64,000 bases of DNA from Candidatus Latescibacterota bacterium (lineage in GTDB: Bacteria > Latescibacterota > UBA2968 > UBA8231). Every line of letters starts with the position of its first letter. The stretch's first letter is position 1. The stretch lies in the NCBI GenBank assembly GCA_964291625.2, contig OZ220089.1, forward strand, positions 3,040,001 to 3,104,000. Direction: 5' to 3'. The position numbers and the translations under genes are program-made. The notes beneath the pieces were generated by a model that was not told the DNA's origin, did not search any database, and was given only the letters and a program-made list of their open reading frames with translations. Below, in pieces: positions 62,183-64,000 of this stretch.

Positions 62183-62830
62183 ATGGGCAAGAAGAAGCAC
62201 AAGTCCGACAAGTCGACGCAGCGCGAGGCTTACGGCGTGACCATCCTCAAGGCCGGCCACCCCCGGGTGCGGGCCCTGAAGAAGGACCACGAGCCGGAGA
62301 TCCACGGCGACCGGTTCTGGAACAGCAGCTACCTGATCATGGACTTCCTCGAGCGCCAGGGCCTGCCCGCCGGCGCCCGAGTCATGGAGGTCGGCTGCGG
62401 CTGGGGGCTCCTCGGGATCTACTGCGCCCGGAAGCACGGCGCCGAGGTCGTGGGCGTCGACGCCGACGCCAAGGTCTTCCCCTACCTGCACCTGCACGCC
62501 GAGGTCAACGGCGTCACCCTGCAGACCCGCCGCTCCCGCTTCGAGAAGCTGACCCGGGCCCAGCTGGACGGCACCCGCGTGATCCTGGGCGCCGACATCT
62601 GCTTCTGGGACGAGATGATCGACCCCTTGTACCGGATGATCCGCAAGGCGACGCGCGCCGGCGTCGAGCAGATCGTCATCGCCGACCCCGGCCGGCCCCC
62701 CTTCGACGAGCTGTGCGAGCGGGCCGAGAAGAACCTGGGGGGCGAGCTGAAGGAGTGGGAGGTCCGGCGGCCGGTGAAGACCCACGGCTGGCTGCTGATC
62801 GTGGGCAGCCTGCCCACGGCCTCGGACTGA
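62183..62830 (+). CDS. Class I SAM-dependent methyltransferase (Methyltransf_16-like)
   Basis: FWNSS, VMEVGCGWG, ILGADICF, IADPGR. Confidence 0.85.
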   Translation: MGKKKHKSDKSTQREAYGVTILKAGHPRVRALKKDHEPEIHGDRFWNSSYLIMDFLERQGLPAGARVMEVGCGWGLLGIYCARKHGAEVVGVDADAKVFPYLHLHAEVNGVTLQTRRSRFEKLTRAQLDGTRVILGADICFWDEMIDPLYRMIRKATRAGVEQIVIADPGRPPFDELCERAEKNLGGELKEWEVRRPVKTHGWLLIVGSLPTASD

Positions 62831-63379
62831 CCCGCGATGGCTCAAGTGACGCTACGGAAAGAAGAGGAGGCCAGATATGCGCATTGCACTCACCAGCGTC
62901 TTCGTAAGTGACCAGGACGAAGCTCTGAGGTTCTACACGGAGACCCTCGGCTTTGTGAAGAAGCATGACTTGCCTGTGGGGGAATTCAAGTGGCTTACCG
63001 TCGTCTCGCCCGACGACCCAGATGGAACCGAGCTTCTGCTTGAACCAAATGACAACCCGGTAGCACAAGAATATCAGAGAGGGATCTTTGACCAGGGCAT
63101 CCCAGCGGCGTCCTTTGGCGTTACGGACATCCGTGCGGAGTATGAGAAACTGAAGTCACTGGGCGTAACCTTTACGATGGAGCCAACGGAACTGGCCAAC
63201 GTCACTATTGCGGTCTTTGACGACACCTGCGGCAACCTGATCCAGATAATGCAGACGTAACTACGATCGACCAGACTGTCCCGCTTGCGACGCGGACGCA
63301 GCCCGCCACTTGCTCACCCTGCCGTGGCGCAGCTCCAGCCGGTCGACGATGGCCGCCGACGGCCTCGGACTGACCCGCG
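62816..63379. repeat. 21-bp direct repeat flanking the VOC gene insert
   Basis: acggcctcggactgacccgcg at 62816-62836 (spanning the methyltransferase stop) and 63359-63379. Confidence 0.9.
62877..63260 (+). CDS. VOC/glyoxalase family protein
   Basis: VSDQDEALRFYTETLGF...FDDTCGNLIQI; GGAGG RBS; lower GC. Confidence 0.92.
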   Translation: MRIALTSVFVSDQDEALRFYTETLGFVKKHDLPVGEFKWLTVVSPDDPDGTELLLEPNDNPVAQEYQRGIFDQGIPAASFGVTDIRAEYEKLKSLGVTFTMEPTELANVTIAVFDDTCGNLIQIMQT

Positions 63380-63382
63380 CGC

Positions 63383-64000
63383 CTAGAACCAGTTCTGCTT
63401 GTCCACCACGTTGACCAGCTCTTCGCCGTCGCGCAGCCGCCGGCAGTTCTCGATCAGCAGTTGCAGGCGCCGGTCCTCGAGGTAGGGGCCGGCGCCGGCC
63501 ACGTGGGGCGTCATCAGGAAGTTCGGCGCCTTCCACAGCCGGTGGCCCTCGGGCAGCGGCTCGATCTCGAAGACGTCCAGCGCGGCGCCGCCGATGGTGC
63601 CGCCGTAGAGGGCGTCGGCCAGGTCCTCCAGGACCACGTTCACCCCCCGGCCGATGTTGATCAGCACGCCGGTGGGCTTCATCCGCGCCAGCCGCTCCGC
63701 GTTCATCAGGCCCTCCATGGCCGGCGTCTGGGGCGCCGTCATGATGACGAAGTCGCCGCGGCCGATCTGGTCGTCCAGGGCCTCGGGCCGGTGCAGCTCG
63801 TGGACCCCCTCGGGCGGCCGGGGCACCCGCGGGTCGATGGCGATCACGTGCAGGCCGAAGTGGGCCAGGTGGCGCGCCGTCTCGCCGCCGATGCCGCCGG
63901 CGCCGATGAGGACGGCCGTGGCCTCGGGCAGGTGCACGGTGGGGGCCGACTCCCCGCCCGACTCCCAGACCCCCTCCAGCTGCCGGGGCATGTAGAGGTG
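63383..64000 (-). CDS. D-2-hydroxyacid dehydrogenase (5' end outside the window)
   Basis: IGAGGIG, LINIGRG, AALDVFEIEPLP, TPHVAG. Confidence 0.9.
   Translation of the reverse strand, partial: HLYMPRQLEGVWESGGESAPTVHLPEATAVLIGAGGIGGETARHLAHFGLHVIAIDPRVPRPPEGVHELHRPEALDDQIGRGDFVIMTAPQTPAMEGLMNAERLARMKPTGVLINIGRGVNVVLEDLADALYGGTIGGAALDVFEIEPLPEGHRLWKAPNFLMTPHVAGAGPYLEDRRLQLLIENCRRLRDGEELVNVVDKQNWF

Noticed and set aside
62837-63380. Integron cassette for the VOC gene
   Set aside because: No attC-like RYYYAAC...GTTRRRY imperfect palindrome was identified and no integrase is present; the flanks are direct repeats.
1-64000. CRISPR array, tRNA or rRNA genes
   Set aside because: No regularly spaced short repeats with unique spacers and no recognisable structural RNA sequences; the repeats are coding modules.

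Overview
High-GC bacterial DNA. An uncultured FCB-group organism such as Latescibacterota is suggested by the many PNPFN-type FlgD-Ig C-terminal domains, but this is inference. Two accessory loci of giant secreted proteins dominate the window. These proteins have an AT-richer, variable N-terminal head (M6-like metalloprotease, Vps62/NPP1-like, or glycoside-hydrolase-like), a GC-rich FN3/cadherin/Ig stalk shared in near-identical blocks, and a C-terminal PNPFN/FlgD-Ig domain. Locus A (1-29.6 kb, minus strand) holds two full-length giant genes, one split by a 31-bp insertion. Upstream of them lies an array of truncated [small secreted partner gene + protease head + conserved linker] cassettes, ending in scrambled relics that include an IS3 end. 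Locus B (42.2-59.8 kb) looks like a tandem duplication: one copy keeps the 2900-aa giant gene with a deleted divergent hybrid kinase-regulator, and the other keeps the regulator with collapsed giant genes interleaved with beta-propeller genes. Between and after these loci are ordinary metabolic genes (amidohydrolase, sialidase-like, UxuA-like, cupin, RraA, AKR, PhyH, Gfo/Idh/MocA, DUF362, ROK, MATE, methyltransferase, 2-hydroxyacid dehydrogenase). Small low-GC inserts include a NYN nuclease gene preceded by promoter, short hairpin RNA and terminator, and a VOC gene flanked by a 21-bp direct repeat. Several small frameshifts may be long-read errors. No rRNA, tRNA or CRISPR array was seen.
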